Positions 1 to 11,603 of a stretch of DNA of 46,825 nucleotides are shown piece after piece (position 1 is the first letter of the stretch; each line of letters opens with the position of its first letter). Below the pieces are notes generated by a model. The model was not told where the DNA came from. It searched no databases and worked only from the letters and a program-made list of their open reading frames with translations. The translations under genes and the position numbers were made by a program. Source of the stretch: Rickettsiales bacterium (GTDB lineage: Bacteria > Pseudomonadota > Alphaproteobacteria > Rickettsiales > JABIRX01). The stretch lies in NCBI GenBank assembly GCA_018659605.1, contig JABJMA010000002.1:1-46825 (forward strand), given 5' to 3'.

Positions 1-782
1 CCTTTTTGACCTTTCGAGAAAAACTCTTCTGCTTCTAACATTTCAGTTCTCTGAAGATGCCTAACTTCAATTGCTAAACGCTCAATGGATGATGCTATCA
101 CACCAAGAGTTGCAAAAAACATTGCATGCCTATCACGTGGTATAACCTGAGTTGAAATCGTCTCAGATTTTAAACCTAATTTATCCGCCACATATTCTTG
201 TACATCTGGATCAATATTTGCAAATGTCCCAACCGCACCAGAAATAGCGCAAGTTGCAATCTCATCGCGAGCTAGTACTAACCTTTCCCTGTTACGCTTA
301 AATTCTGCATAATAACCAGCTAGCTTCAAACCAAATGTTACAGGTTCAGCATGGATACCATGTGAACGCCCCATACAAATTGTATCTTTATGCTCATAGC
401 TTCTGCGTTTAAGCACTTCTAGCAACTTATCTAAATCTACAAGTAAGATGTCAGATGCTTGTTTTAATTGAACCGAAAGGCATGTGTCTAAAACATCTGA
501 AGATGTCATGCCCTGATGCACAAACCTAGAAGAATCACCTATTGATTCCGCAAGATTAGTTAAAAATGCAATGACATCATGCTTGGTTACTTTTTCAATT
601 TCATCAATTTCCGAAACGTCCCATTTACCCTTAGCCCAAATCTCTTTGGCAGCTTCTTTTGGGATAACGCCTTTATCAGCTAAAGCATCACAAGCGTAAG
701 CTTCTATTTCAAACCAAATTCTATATTTATTTTCATCCGACCAAATATCGGTCATCTCTTTTCGGGAATATCTAGGTATCAT
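1..782 (-). CDS. purB: Adenylosuccinate lyase (5' part; runs off window start)
   Basis: Not in the ORF track. Manual translation from the ATG at 782 gives MIPRYSRKEMTDIWSDENKYRIWFEIEA..., with HDVIAF, HQGMTSSDVLDT, MGRSHGIHAEPVTFG and ISGAVGTFAN fumarase/ASL family motifs. Confidence 0.95.
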   Translation of the reverse strand, partial: MIPRYSRKEMTDIWSDENKYRIWFEIEAYACDALADKGVIPKEAAKEIWAKGKWDVSEIDEIEKVTKHDVIAFLTNLAESIGDSSRFVHQGMTSSDVLDTCLSVQLKQASDILLVDLDKLLEVLKRRSYEHKDTICMGRSHGIHAEPVTFGLKLAGYYAEFKRNRERLVLARDEIATCAISGAVGTFANIDPDVQEYVADKLGLKSETISTQVIPRDRHAMFFATLGVIASSIERLAIEVRHLQRTEMLEAEEFFSKGQK

Positions 783-815
783 TTTTTCTCTAACTTTGGT
801 TAATTGTTATTTTTC

Positions 816-833
816 GTAGGGGTTGGGTCCTAC
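816..833. repeat. Short GTAG-type REP-like palindrome (GTAGG...CCTAC)
   Basis: gtaggggttgggtcctac in the lpdA-purB gap. It has the same GTAGGGG head as the elements at 2264 and 42440. Confidence 0.5.
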
Positions 834-837
834 AATT

Positions 838-2238
838 CTATGAATGTATTGGCTTACCATAAGTTGCCATAGCTGCTTCTTTTAATGATTCATTCAAAGT
901 AGGATGCGCGTGACAAACTCTAGCTAAATCTTCAGATGAACCACCATATTCCATTACAATTACTGCTTCATGAATTAAATTTCCTGCTTCACGGCCAATA
1001 ATATGACAACCTAATAATTTATCAGTTTTCTTATCTGCTAGAATCTTAACAAAACCCTCATCTGACAAAGTAGCCCTGGCTCTAGAATTAGCCATCATTG
1101 AGAATTTACCAACATTATAGCTTATACCAGCCTCCTTTAATTGATCTTCCGTTTTTCCAACAGATGCTATTTCTGGATAAGTATAAACAACTGAAGGTAC
1201 TAAATTATAATCAATGTGACCGCTCTGACCTGATATAATCTCAGCTGTAATTACGCCTTCATCTTCAGCTTTATGCGCAAGCATTGGACCAGGAACAACA
1301 TCACCTATTGCATAAATATTAGAAATTGAGGTTTGGAATTTATCGTTAATTTTAATAAAACCTCGTTCATCTAACTCAACACCAATTTCCTGTAGTCCCA
1401 AACCTTCAGTATAAGGTCTACGACCAATTGCAACTAATACAACATCCGCTTTCATTGTTTCTGCATTTCCTCCCGCTTGATCTTCTACTATGATCTCAAC
1501 ACCAGATTTTGTTTTCTTTGCTGATGTAACCTTACGTTTTAAATGGAATTTAAAATCTTGAGATTCTAAAATTTTCTTAAATCCACGAGAAACATCTTTA
1601 TCCATAAATGGACAAATCTTATCAGAGTATTCAATCACTTCAACTTCAGCACCAAGACGAGACCAAACTGAACCAAGTTCCAAACCAATCACTCCTGCTC
1701 CAATTAAAATCATTTTTTTAGGAACTTGTTTAAGCGCTAAAGCACCTGTTGAAGAAACAATAACTTTTTCATCAATATCAACTCCAGGTAAAGGGGTTAC
1801 TTCCGAACCTGTTGCTATGATAATATTTTTAGCTTTGATATTTTGGTCCTTAGCATCCAGATTAATAGTAACTTCATCTTTGCCAATAATCGTTCCAAAA
1901 CCCTTAAAGTAAGTAACTTTATTTTTTTTGAACAAGCCCTCAATCCCGCCGGTTAAGCCTTTTATTATTTCCTCTTTCTTGGCCATCATTTTAGCTATAT
2001 TAGATTTAGGCTTACTAACCTCAATTCCATATTCAGCAAAATTATGTGTAGCATCATGAAAATGATGTGAGAATTCAAGTAGTGATTTCGAAGGTATACA
2101 ACCAACGTTCAAACAAGTTCCACCAAGCGAACCACGTTTTTCAACACATGCAGTTTTCAAGCCTAATTGTGCAGCTTTTATAGCAGCCACGTAACCACCA
2201 GGTCCACCACCGATTACAACAACATCAAAATTTTCCAT
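838..2238 (-). CDS. lpdA: Dihydrolipoyl dehydrogenase (E3)
   Basis: GGGPGGY FAD motif, redox-active GGTCLNVGCIPSK, GAGVIGLE, C-terminal HAHPTLNE. Confidence 0.98.
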   Translation of the reverse strand: MENFDVVVIGGGPGGYVAAIKAAQLGLKTACVEKRGSLGGTCLNVGCIPSKSLLEFSHHFHDATHNFAEYGIEVSKPKSNIAKMMAKKEEIIKGLTGGIEGLFKKNKVTYFKGFGTIIGKDEVTINLDAKDQNIKAKNIIIATGSEVTPLPGVDIDEKVIVSSTGALALKQVPKKMILIGAGVIGLELGSVWSRLGAEVEVIEYSDKICPFMDKDVSRGFKKILESQDFKFHLKRKVTSAKKTKSGVEIIVEDQAGGNAETMKADVVLVAIGRRPYTEGLGLQEIGVELDERGFIKINDKFQTSISNIYAIGDVVPGPMLAHKAEDEGVITAEIISGQSGHIDYNLVPSVVYTYPEIASVGKTEDQLKEAGISYNVGKFSMMANSRARATLSDEGFVKILADKKTDKLLGCHIIGREAGNLIHEAVIVMEYGGSSEDLARVCHAHPTLNESLKEAAMATYGKPIHS

Positions 2239-2263
2239 AAATATAAATCAATAAATTATTTGC

Positions 2264-2320
2264 GTAGGGGCGAGATTATCCCGCCCAAAATATATAAAGG
2301 GCGAGAAAGCGCCGCCCTTA
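2264..2320. repeat. GTAG-family REP doublet (REPIN-like), two inverted GC-rich hairpins
   Basis: GTAGGGGCGAGATTATCCCGCCC, a 12-nt AT spacer, then GGGCGAGAAAGCGCCGCCCTTA. Each half has a GGGCG/CGCCC stem. Confidence 0.7.
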
Positions 2321-2325
2321 AAACA

Positions 2326-3528
2326 TTAGATATCCAAAAGAAGTCTTGCTGGGTCTTCTAAGAATTCTTTTATTTTAACTAAAAATGTTACAGCCTCACC
2401 ACCATCGATGATTCTATGGTCATAAGAAAGTGCTAAATACATCATTGGCCTGATTTCAACTTTTCCATCAATAGCAACTGGACGCTGAACAATATTATGC
2501 ATACCAAGAATTCCTGATTGTGGAGGATTTATAATTGGTGTTGATAAAAGCGAACCATAAGTACCACCATTTGAAATAGTAAATGTGCCACCGGTTAATT
2601 CTTCCATAGTTAATTTACCAGATTTAGCTTTACCAGCCAATCTTGCAATTTCTTGCTCGATCCCAGCTAGACTTAATTGATCTGCATTTCTGACAACCGG
2701 CACAACTAAACCTTGCTCAGTTCCAACTGCAACACCAATATCATAATAATTTTTATAGATAATTTCATCACCCTCAATTTCAGCATTTACTGTCGGTATT
2801 GCTTTTAAAGAATTCACTGCAGCTTTAACAAAAAGTGACATAAAGCCTAATTTGATATCATGAGCTTTGACAAATTTATCTTGGTATTTTTTACGTAAAT
2901 CCATAACCGGTTTCATATCAACTTCATTAAAAGTTGAAAGTATCGCAGCTGTGTTTTGTGAATCTTTTAATCGTTGAGCTATTCGCTGTCTTAGGCGAGA
3001 CATCCTAACTCTTTTTTCTCTATCTGCAGAAACAACTTGCTTAGCAGCTGGGGACGCCTCAGTTTGCTTAGCAGGCGTAGCATTAGCACCACTATCTATA
3101 GCAGCTAAAACATCGCCTTTAGTAATTAACCCACCTTTACCAGTTCCAGTAATATTTGAGGCATCTAACTTATTATCAGCTATTATTTTTTTTGCCGCAG
3201 GCGCAATATCAACATCACCTTTTGCCTCAGTTGCTTCTGGAGCAGATGATTTTTCATCATCAGCATTTACCACTTTTCCACCTGATGCACCCTCTTCTAT
3301 AACTCCCAAAAGATTACCTACTTCAACAGTTTCTCCTTCTGCAATTTCAATCTTGGACAAAACTCCTTTAGCTGGTGAATTGATTTCTAAAGTGACCTTA
3401 TCTGTTTCTAGCTCAACCAACAAATCATCCACTTCTACACTATCTCCCGGTTGTTTATGCCATGCGGCTATTGATGCTTCACTAACAGATTCGCCTAATT
3501 GAGGAACTATAACTTCTTTTAATGACAT
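2326..3528 (-). CDS. sucB: 2-oxoglutarate dehydrogenase E2, dihydrolipoyllysine succinyltransferase
   Basis: Lipoyl domain [10 protein letters not shown]3-binding [13 protein letters not shown], catalytic [10 protein letters not shown]. Confidence 0.97.
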   Translation of the reverse strand: MSLKEVIVPQLGESVSEASIAAWHKQPGDSVEVDDLLVELETDKVTLEINSPAKGVLSKIEIAEGETVEVGNLLGVIEEGASGGKVVNADDEKSSAPEATEAKGDVDIAPAAKKIIADNKLDASNITGTGKGGLITKGDVLAAIDSGANATPAKQTEASPAAKQVVSADREKRVRMSRLRQRIAQRLKDSQNTAAILSTFNEVDMKPVMDLRKKYQDKFVKAHDIKLGFMSLFVKAAVNSLKAIPTVNAEIEGDEIIYKNYYDIGVAVGTEQGLVVPVVRNADQLSLAGIEQEIARLAGKAKSGKLTMEELTGGTFTISNGGTYGSLLSTPIINPPQSGILGMHNIVQRPVAIDGKVEIRPMMYLALSYDHRIIDGGEAVTFLVKIKEFLEDPARLLLDI

Positions 3529-3798
3529 AATATCTAAAATTTAAAAATGTTTACGCTTGCATAACACATAAAATCATAGCAAGACCAGCCAGTATTAATA
3601 TATAACAAAACAAAAGTTGTAAAGTCTATTTTCATCAAACTGACAACTACAAAATACTTAATCTAGGTGTTTTATATTGGGTTAATTCTTTGTATTTTTC
3701 ATATATTACACTAGATATCATATCTCTTTAAGCTGCTTATCTAGGTTACTACACAACCCTCAGCGGCTGGGCTCTACCACTCGAGATTGAGGAAGGCC

Positions 3799-3845
3799 TA
3801 GATATGTGGCATGATAGCCGGCAGATATCCTGCCACACCTATCTA
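3799..3845 (-). terminator. Long hairpin immediately after the rpoD stop (terminator or palindromic element)
   Basis: tagata-tgtggca-t-gata pairs with tatc-c-tgccaca-cc-tatcta. No clear U-tract. Confidence 0.4.
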
Positions 3846-3849
3846 AAAA

Positions 3850-5793
3850 TTACTCCTTTAGGAACGCTTTTAATTTCTTAGATCTTGTTGGATGGCGAAG
3901 TTTCTTAAGAGCCTTAGCTTCGATTTGCCTAATTCTCTCACGAGTTACAGAAAATTGCTTACCTACTTCTTCTAATGTATGATCAGTATTCATACCAATA
4001 CCAAATCTCATACGAAGAACCCTTTCCTCTCTTGGAGTTAGGCTTGATAGGATTCTAGTTGTAATATCTTTTAAATTACTATGAAGAGCAGCACTTAATG
4101 GCGAAACTGCATTTTTATCCTCGATAAAATCTGCAATTGTTGACTCCTCATCATCACCAACAGGATTCTCCAAACTTAATGGATCTTTGGCAATTTTCAT
4201 AATCTTCCTGATTTTTTCAACCGTAATACATAATTTTTTGGCTAATTCTTCATTAGTTGGTTCACGCCCAAGATCTAATGCCATCTGTCTAGATGTTCTT
4301 ACTATTTTATTAATAGTCTCAATCATATGAACGGGAATTCTAATCGTACGAGATTGATCAGCTATTGATCTTGTAATTGCCTGCCTAATCCACCAAGTAG
4401 CATATGTTGAGAACTTATATCCACGACGATATTCAAATTTATCAACAGCTTTCATCAAGCCAATATTTCCTTCTTGGATCAAATCTAAAAATTGCAAACC
4501 TCTGTTAGTATATTTCTTAGCAATCGAAATTACCAAACGAAGATTAGCCTCAATCATTTGCCTTTTAGCTAGAGCTGATTCACGTTCACCAGTTTGAACC
4601 CTAGCAACCAACTCTTTAAATTCGACTATATTTAAGCCTACTGTTTTAGCAATTTGAGTTATTTGATTTCGAATATCATCAACCTCTGTCTTTTCCTCTT
4701 TATAAAAAGATATCCATTTTTTATCTTTATTAGGCTTAAAATTCTCAACCCATTTATCGCGAATCTCATAAGAAATATATTTTTTTAGGAAATCATCTCT
4801 CGATATTTTATATTGCTTAGCCAATTGCAAAAAACTACTCTCGAGCTTACGTAAGTTTTTATTAAATTCATAAACCTTTTCAATCATATTCTCGATAAAA
4901 ATCTGATTGAAATATATCTCCTCAATTACATTAATTAGATCCTTATTTAAGCCCTCTAAATTGTGCAAACTATTGGCCTCATCATCAATTCCCTCTACCG
5001 AATTATAAAACCTATCCTCTTGTACCGTTAAAATACTAGTACAAATATTAGCAATCCGAGAAAATTCATCTAGGATATAAGGCATTAATGCCTTCTCCAT
5101 TATAGTTGGTGAAAGCCCTCCCTCACTATCATACATGTCTTCAAACTCATCTTCCTCCTCTTCTTCTTCTGCTTCTACTTCTGCTTCCGCTGCCGCCCCG
5201 GACCCAGCCTCTGCCTCGCCTTCACCATCTCCAGCAAAGCCATCATCACCTGATTCCTCTTTATTCTCCACTTCTTCTGCTACATCATCAAAGCCGCCAA
5301 ACTTATTTGAATAAGTTGCATCTAAATCGATCACATCTCGCAAAAGCTTTTCCTCGTTTACTATATCGTCATACATAGTCATGAGCCCTCTAAGGGCATA
5401 AGGGCAAGAACATAAAGATGTGATCATCACTTTACGCCCACTCTCTATTTTTTTTGCAATCTCGATCTCTTCTTCGCGCGATAACAAATGAACACCACCC
5501 ATGGATTTGAGATACAAATGTACTGGATCATCATTCTCGCTAGCCTCATGCAAGGCCTCTTTTGCCGCATCGGCTTGGTTAGCCTCCTCTTGTTCAGAAA
5601 GTAACTTTACTCCAGATTCTATAATAGTATTTATAACACGCTCAATTGTCGTAACAGCCTCGTTAGGTAAAGATTCGTTAATCTCAGAATATGTTAAGAA
5701 ACCAACTCTTTTACCCCTAATAATGAGCTTTTTTACTATTGACTCTAAAGATCCAGAATCGTGTTTAAACATTTTTTTTTGTTTGATCGACAT
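3850..5793 (-). CDS. rpoD: RNA polymerase sigma-70 factor RpoD
   Basis: Region 1.1, DPVHLYL (1.2), [35 protein letters not shown], region 4 [21 protein letters not shown]. Confidence 0.99.
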   Translation of the reverse strand: MSIKQKKMFKHDSGSLESIVKKLIIRGKRVGFLTYSEINESLPNEAVTTIERVINTIIESGVKLLSEQEEANQADAAKEALHEASENDDPVHLYLKSMGGVHLLSREEEIEIAKKIESGRKVMITSLCSCPYALRGLMTMYDDIVNEEKLLRDVIDLDATYSNKFGGFDDVAEEVENKEESGDDGFAGDGEGEAEAGSGAAAEAEVEAEEEEEEDEFEDMYDSEGGLSPTIMEKALMPYILDEFSRIANICTSILTVQEDRFYNSVEGIDDEANSLHNLEGLNKDLINVIEEIYFNQIFIENMIEKVYEFNKNLRKLESSFLQLAKQYKISRDDFLKKYISYEIRDKWVENFKPNKDKKWISFYKEEKTEVDDIRNQITQIAKTVGLNIVEFKELVARVQTGERESALAKRQMIEANLRLVISIAKKYTNRGLQFLDLIQEGNIGLMKAVDKFEYRRGYKFSTYATWWIRQAITRSIADQSRTIRIPVHMIETINKIVRTSRQMALDLGREPTNEELAKKLCITVEKIRKIMKIAKDPLSLENPVGDDEESTIADFIEDKNAVSPLSAALHSNLKDITTRILSSLTPREERVLRMRFGIGMNTDHTLEEVGKQFSVTRERIRQIEAKALKKLRHPTRSKKLKAFLKE

Positions 5794-5815
5794 TGAGATT
5801 TTATAATTAAATTTG

Positions 5816-7582
5816 TTAATGGTTATTTATTTCATTTTGTAAATGCAGAATTTGCTCAAGCAAGATTGTAGCACGTTCTACTTCAGAAGTATTATCACTT
5901 ACAACTAATGTTTCATACTCTTTACGTATATTTGCTAAAAAGTAAAGTTTTAGCATCTTTTGCCAATTAGAATATACAACCTCTTGATCCAAATCAGAGG
6001 GTAATATTACTAATTCTACAAAGTTTATATCTAGGCTAGTAAATTTTCTAGCAATCTTTCTTAGCCATTCAATATAGTCATCTCTACTCATGGATGCAAG
6101 AGACTCTATCTCATCCTGAAGCAAACTAGACAAGCTAGCTAATGCAACCTCCAATAAATCAAGGTCAAAAAGCTCTTGCTGGAATTTTTCAGATTGAAAT
6201 AATGAATGATTTTGTAAAATAAAAATTAATATATCCCTCTCCAATTTATATATCTCACTATGCTTACTATGAGCTATTTGTGGAATTATAACATGGTTAT
6301 TAGTAATAGCCTTTTGCTTAGATGACCAGCGCCCATATTCATAAAACTTTTTCTTAAAGAAGCTTAAAAAGTGTTTTTTTACATAACTATCAGTGATCTT
6401 TTCACATAATTTATAAATCTCTGCCTCAAAAGCAGCAATGTTTGTGGGGGTAGGATTTGTTACAAGCTCAGCATTATAATGAAAAATAAACTCTGGTAAA
6501 TCCATAGAATTGCTTAACATTCCACTAAATTCTTCTACACCATTAATAGCTGAAACGACATCATCTGGATCCCGACCTTCTGGAAGCAAGACTATACTTA
6601 AACTATAACCAGGTTTAATTATTGGCAGAGCCTCTAATGACAATCTATATATAGATTTTAACCCAGCTTTATCTCCATCCATGCAAATATGAGGATTTTT
6701 CACAACCTTCCATAGCTGCTGCAAATGCAATGCCCCACAGGCAGTTCCAAGTGGAGCAACCGCATGATCAAAGCCATATTTTGCAAGCTTTATTACATCA
6801 GCATAACCTTCGCAAACTATAATTTGCTTCTTCTCATAAGCAATAGATCTGGCCTTATTTATATTAAATAGAACTTGTTTCTTTTTAAATAATACCGTCT
6901 CAGGAGAATTAATATATTTAGGCAAACTATCGCCAATGACCCTGCCTCCAAAACCAATTACCTGATTTCTGTGATTAAAAATTGGAAAGATAATTCGATC
7001 TTGAAGTAAATCATATTTTCTGCCTTCGCTCGATTTGCGAACTAATCCTGACGCCAAAATTTCCTGATCAGTGAATTGTTTGCTTTGTAGAAATTTCAAC
7101 ATAGAATTTTGACCAGGAGCATAGCCAAGAGAAAACTTGGCAATTAAATCATTATCAAAACCCCTCTTATGTAAATATTTAATAGCCTGATTTGCATCTT
7201 TTAAATTATTTTCATAAAAAATTACCGCAAGTTTGTGCAAATCAAGCAAACGCTGCTTCATATCAGACTTTTCTTCATCCTTCTTAAAAGCAGGAAGTTG
7301 AATACCGGCTTTCTCAGCTAAAATTTCTAATGCGGTTTTAAAATCATAACCTTCCTTCTCCTGCATAAAGCTGATAATATCCCCATGAACTCCACAGCCA
7401 AAACAATGATAATATTTCAAATCATCATTAACTGTAAAAGATGGCGTTTTCTCATTGTGGAACGGGCAGCAACCTTTATATTTATTAAGTCCAACAGAAC
7501 GCAAGGTAACCTTGCTGCCAATGTAACCACTTAAGTCAATACCCTCTTTTACCCTATGTATAAACTGCTCAAAGTCAGACAT
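5816..7582 (-). CDS. dnaG: DNA primase
   Basis: Zn finger [11 protein letters not shown]...[25 protein letters not shown] and DGDKAG. Conserved dnaG-rpoD order. Confidence 0.98.
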   Translation of the reverse strand: MSDFEQFIHRVKEGIDLSGYIGSKVTLRSVGLNKYKGCCPFHNEKTPSFTVNDDLKYYHCFGCGVHGDIISFMQEKEGYDFKTALEILAEKAGIQLPAFKKDEEKSDMKQRLLDLHKLAVIFYENNLKDANQAIKYLHKRGFDNDLIAKFSLGYAPGQNSMLKFLQSKQFTDQEILASGLVRKSSEGRKYDLLQDRIIFPIFNHRNQVIGFGGRVIGDSLPKYINSPETVLFKKKQVLFNINKARSIAYEKKQIIVCEGYADVIKLAKYGFDHAVAPLGTACGALHLQQLWKVVKNPHICMDGDKAGLKSIYRLSLEALPIIKPGYSLSIVLLPEGRDPDDVVSAINGVEEFSGMLSNSMDLPEFIFHYNAELVTNPTPTNIAAFEAEIYKLCEKITDSYVKKHFLSFFKKKFYEYGRWSSKQKAITNNHVIIPQIAHSKHSEIYKLERDILIFILQNHSLFQSEKFQQELFDLDLLEVALASLSSLLQDEIESLASMSRDDYIEWLRKIARKFTSLDINFVELVILPSDLDQEVVYSNWQKMLKLYFLANIRKEYETLVVSDNTSEVERATILLEQILHLQNEINNH

Positions 7583-7697
7583 TGAAACTAAATTTTTATA
7601 AAGAAATATTGTTGGTATAAAATTGCTTTAACTTTCATTAATAAAGCTTATAAAGTCAGATTATTCAATCACCAAGAAATCAACATAACCCCTGAAT

Positions 7698-8474
7698 ATG
7701 AAAAAGGATAGTTTAAACTTTTATGGTTTATATAGTTTACTCAAAAAAGAAATTCTACGTTATTGCAAAGTCTTTAACCAAACTATAATAGCACCTATTA
7801 TTAACTCACTATTATTTTTGGCAATCTTTACGCTAGCCTTTGGTGAAAGATCTATTGAATCAACCTCTATCAGCTATGCAGTCTTTATTACCCCGGGCCT
7901 TATTGCCATGACACTGATTCAAAACGCTTTTGCAAACTCCTCTTCATCACTTTGTACATCAAAAATCCTCGGTTATATATCCGATGTTATTATACCACCA
8001 ATTTCAGCAATAGAGTACGTACTAGCTTCAACAATAGCCGCAAGCACTCGTGGTATTATTGTTGCGATTGCAACAGCTATAGCAATAAGATGCTTTGTTG
8101 ATTATCAAATTAACAGCTATCTTATACTTGCCTATTATCTAATAATATCATCATTATTACTTGCTACAATAGGAGTTTTATGTGGAATATTTTCTAATAG
8201 CTTCGATCAAATGTCAGCATTAACAAGTTACATCATTACCCCTCTCTCCTTTTTATCTGGTACTTTCTATTCAGTAAATATTTTGCCAGAATTTTGGTAT
8301 AATATAAGTAAATATAATCCTTTCTTTTATATTATTGATGGCACTCGCTACGCCGTGACCGGATATCATGATGCAGATTTAGTATTTGGAGGTATATATC
8401 TACTAGTTTGTTTTGTTTTTACATTTATAATAGCTTTATTCCTATTTAACAAAGGTTACAGAATTAAAAACTAA
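7698..8474 (+). CDS. ABC-2 type transporter permease (YadH-like)
   Basis: KKEILRY...QTIIAP, FITPGLIAM, PLSFLSGTFYS, NPFFYIIDGTRY. About six hydrophobic segments. Confidence 0.88.
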   Translation: MKKDSLNFYGLYSLLKKEILRYCKVFNQTIIAPIINSLLFLAIFTLAFGERSIESTSISYAVFITPGLIAMTLIQNAFANSSSSLCTSKILGYISDVIIPPISAIEYVLASTIAASTRGIIVAIATAIAIRCFVDYQINSYLILAYYLIISSLLLATIGVLCGIFSNSFDQMSALTSYIITPLSFLSGTFYSVNILPEFWYNISKYNPFFYIIDGTRYAVTGYHDADLVFGGIYLLVCFVFTFIIALFLFNKGYRIKN

Positions 8475-8475
8475 C

Positions 8476-9006
8476 ATGACTACATTACCAATCATCACAT
8501 GGCCAAACCCCTTATTGAAAGAGACATCAAAACCTGTTGTCAAAATAGATAAGACTATACAAAAATTAATGACTGATATGTATGAAACCATGATCCACGA
8601 GAATGGTATAGGCCTTGCTGCAGTACAAGTTGGACAATTAAAACGTATTTTAATTATTCATATTCAAGATAATGAACGATATGATGATCTTGGCGAAGGC
8701 TTAAGTGACAACCCTGAGCCTTTATTTATAGTAAACCCCGTCATAACAAAAATTTCTAAAGAACATATTGTGTATAAGGAGGGTTGCCTATCTTTTCCTG
8801 GGCAATTTGCTAACATAAAAAGACATAGTGAAATTACTGTAGAATATTTAGACTTTTATGGCAAAAAACAGATTCTAAATGCTACCGGTATTTTATCCAT
8901 TTGTTTACAACATGAAATCGACCACCTAAATGGCATACGCTTTATTGACCACCTATCATCACTAAAGCGTAATATGTTTTTGAAGAAACTAAAAAAGAAC
9001 GGGTAA
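8476..9006 (+). CDS. def: Peptide deformylase
   Basis: GIGLAAVQVG, EGCLS and QHEIDHLNG motifs. Confidence 0.98.
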   Translation: MTTLPIITWPNPLLKETSKPVVKIDKTIQKLMTDMYETMIHENGIGLAAVQVGQLKRILIIHIQDNERYDDLGEGLSDNPEPLFIVNPVITKISKEHIVYKEGCLSFPGQFANIKRHSEITVEYLDFYGKKQILNATGILSICLQHEIDHLNGIRFIDHLSSLKRNMFLKKLKKNG

Positions 9007-9012
9007 TAAATA

Positions 9013-9855
9013 ATGAAAATAATAAACTCCATATTAGATATAATAGATAGCTACGAACTTATAATTTTAGATATTTTTGGTGTTATACATAATGGCTCGG
9101 CGTTATACCCAAATGTCAAAGACACAATTGCAAAACTTAATGCAAAAAATAAAACAATAATTTTTCTTTCCAATGCACCTAGGCGTGCTGAAACTACACG
9201 CAAAAGATTAGAAGATTTTTCTATTTACAAAGGTAAGGAATATGTAGATATAGTAACATCTGGCGAAGTTGCATTTCATTCTTTTAACAAATCAAGCGTA
9301 ATCCAAAAATACCTGTATCTTGGACCGGAGAAAGACCGTAATATATTTGCTGGGACTACAAAAATGCAAGAATCAAATGCAGAAAATGCCGATTTTGTTA
9401 TTGCAACTGGTCTAGATATTCACGAAGAAGTGCAAGATGTGCAGCCTCAACTGGATATTGCACTTAAGCAAAATTTATTATTCTACTGCATCAATCCAGA
9501 CAAAATGGTTCATAAAGCTGATGGTAGATCTCATATATGCGCTGGCGCAGTTGCTGATAGATATCTAGAAATGGGGGGTAAAGTTGAGTATTTTGGAAAG
9601 CCATATCCAAATAGTTACGAATATATATCATCAACCTATAACACCCCTAAGGACAAAATTATTGCAGTTGGAGATGGAATTATCACAGATGTACTTGGTG
9701 CTAATAATTTCGGCTGTGACTCATTATTAATTGCATCAGGATTGCTACATACTGAAATACCAATTAATGTAGGCGAAGAATTAAACAAAAAACATATCGA
9801 TAAAATAAACGAAATATACAATATTGATAGCACATATATTGCTTCATTATTTTAG
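9013..9855 (+). CDS. HAD-superfamily subfamily IIA hydrolase (TIGR01459-like)
   Basis: LDIFGVIHNG, LSNAPR, CINPD, GKPY and VGDGIITDVLGA motifs. Confidence 0.9.
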   Translation: MKIINSILDIIDSYELIILDIFGVIHNGSALYPNVKDTIAKLNAKNKTIIFLSNAPRRAETTRKRLEDFSIYKGKEYVDIVTSGEVAFHSFNKSSVIQKYLYLGPEKDRNIFAGTTKMQESNAENADFVIATGLDIHEEVQDVQPQLDIALKQNLLFYCINPDKMVHKADGRSHICAGAVADRYLEMGGKVEYFGKPYPNSYEYISSTYNTPKDKIIAVGDGIITDVLGANNFGCDSLLIASGLLHTEIPINVGEELNKKHIDKINEIYNIDSTYIASLF

Positions 9856-9875
9856 ATAAATTTACCAGAAAGAAT

Positions 9876-11603
9876 ATGGAACTAAATCTTGTTACCGCCA
9901 TTTTAAATAAAATTTTAAACTTGTTTGAATCTGAAGCTATTGAGGCAAAGGCAAAAATTACAGTTGAAATACCTAAAAATAAAAGCCATGGGGATTTCGC
10001 AACTAACGCTGCTTTAATTCTAAGCAAAAGTTTGAAAAAACCACCTAGAGAAATTGCCGAATTTATTAGATCTGAACTAACTAAGGATGCTATCTTTAGT
10101 AAAATCGAAATCGCTGGTCCTGGATTTGTAAACTTTACTTTAACCGACCAATATTACCAACAAAATCTTGGTTATATCTTTGACAACTTGGCAGAATTTG
10201 GTCCAAATAATATTGGAGAAGGTAAGAAAGTAAATATTGAGTTTGGATCACCTAATCCAACAGGTCCGGTTCATGTAGGTCACTCTCGTAGCTTAATCAT
10301 TGGTAGCGCATTAGCAAATTTATTAGAATTTAGCGGATTTAATGTCACTCGCGAGAATTATTTTAATGATGCTGGTGGCCAAATCGATGTGTTAGCAAAA
10401 TCACTTTATATACGTTATCAAGAAATTCTTGAAGATAGGAAAATAACCATTCCTGAGGGATTCTATCCTGGTGCCTACCTAATTGATATCGCCAAGGAAT
10501 TAATAAAATGTGATGGAGATAAATATTTGTCGATGGAGGAAATAGACTATTTGCCTTCACTCAAAATCTTTGCGACCAATATTATAAAGAAAATGATTAC
10601 AGACTCATTTTATGCAGTTGGCGTAAAACATGATCATAACGCTTCTGAACTTAAACTACATAATAATAATAAAATAACTGAAGCTATTAGCTATTTAAAC
10701 AAGCTGAACTTTACCTATACTGGAACACTTGAGAAACCTAAGGGGCACTCAAATAAAAAAAATGATACAACAGAAATTAACCCCGAGATGTTATTATTTA
10801 AATCTAAGGAATTTGGTGATGACAGAGATAGATCTTTACAGAAATCCGATGGTAGCTGGACATATTTTGCAGCAGATATTGCCTATCACAAAGATAAAAT
10901 TGATCGTGGATTTGATCAGTTAATTTTAATTCTTGGAGCAGATCATGGGGGATATACCAAAAGAATTACAGCTGCTGTAAAAGCATTATCTAATGATAAA
11001 GTTGAATGCCGCACCATATTATGCCAGTTAGTTAATTTCTTGAAAGATGGACAGCCGCTCAAAATGTCAAAACGTGCTGGCAATTACATAACTATGGAAG
11101 ATGTAGTTAATCAAATAGGTGGCGATGTCTTAAGACTATTAATGCTCTCAAGAAAAAATGATACAGTTTTTGATTTCGATTTAAAAAAAGCTCTTGATCA
11201 GACAAAGGATAATCCCGTATTTTATATTCAATACGCCCATGCACGAATATGCTCAGTGTTACGTAATATAGATATAGATACAAACAATCTAAATACCGAC
11301 AATCTAATTCATCTTACTGATAAATCTGAGTGTGACATCATTAAGAAGATTGCTCTATTCCCTCAAGTAATTGCTCAGGCGACTAAAAATTATGAACCTC
11401 ATCTATTACCAGCTTATATTTATGAATTATCTGGCCTATTTCATTCCTACTGGAATCTAGGTAAGAACCGTTCCGAACTAAGACTTATTCATGACAATAT
11501 AAAAGTAACTGAAGGGCGTATTATTTTACTACTTGTCATCAAAAATATAATCGCTAAGGTTTTAAAAATACTCAATATTAAAGCTTTAGACAAAATGGAA
11601 TGA
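9876..11603 (+). CDS. argS: Arginine--tRNA ligase
   Basis: HGDFATN, SPNPTGPVHVGH (HIGH), GADHGGY, KMSKRAG, NPVFYIQYAHAR. Confidence 0.98.
   Translation: MELNLVTAILNKILNLFESEAIEAKAKITVEIPKNKSHGDFATNAALILSKSLKKPPREIAEFIRSELTKDAIFSKIEIAGPGFVNFTLTDQYYQQNLGYIFDNLAEFGPNNIGEGKKVNIEFGSPNPTGPVHVGHSRSLIIGSALANLLEFSGFNVTRENYFNDAGGQIDVLAKSLYIRYQEILEDRKITIPEGFYPGAYLIDIAKELIKCDGDKYLSMEEIDYLPSLKIFATNIIKKMITDSFYAVGVKHDHNASELKLHNNNKITEAISYLNKLNFTYTGTLEKPKGHSNKKNDTTEINPEMLLFKSKEFGDDRDRSLQKSDGSWTYFAADIAYHKDKIDRGFDQLILILGADHGGYTKRITAAVKALSNDKVECRTILCQLVNFLKDGQPLKMSKRAGNYITMEDVVNQIGGDVLRLLMLSRKNDTVFDFDLKKALDQTKDNPVFYIQYAHARICSVLRNIDIDTNNLNTDNLIHLTDKSECDIIKKIALFPQVIAQATKNYEPHLLPAYIYELSGLFHSYWNLGKNRSELRLIHDNIKVTEGRIILLLVIKNIIAKVLKILNIKALDKME

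Noticed and set aside
2167-2361. 64-aa ORF spanning the lpdA start, the REP element and the sucB end
   Set aside because: Antisense overlap with two real genes and no protein features.
3745-3790. tRNA-like segment on the minus strand (ctcgagtggtagagc D-loop-like, followed by a cagcc/ggttg stem)
   Set aside because: No TTCG T-arm, no acceptor stem, and a 6-nt anticodon loop. Not a supportable tRNA.
5130-5290. GC-rich, low-complexity acidic stretch in rpoD
   Set aside because: Normal acidic non-conserved region of sigma-70.
5106-5806. Short antisense or alternate-frame ORFs within real genes (here within rpoD; also 9636, 9764, 10363, 10729, 17051, 23623, 26002, 29212, 31002, 33589, 33985, 39791, 42666, 43239, 44102, 46017, 46440)
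   Set aside because: All overlap well-supported genes and lack recognisable motifs.
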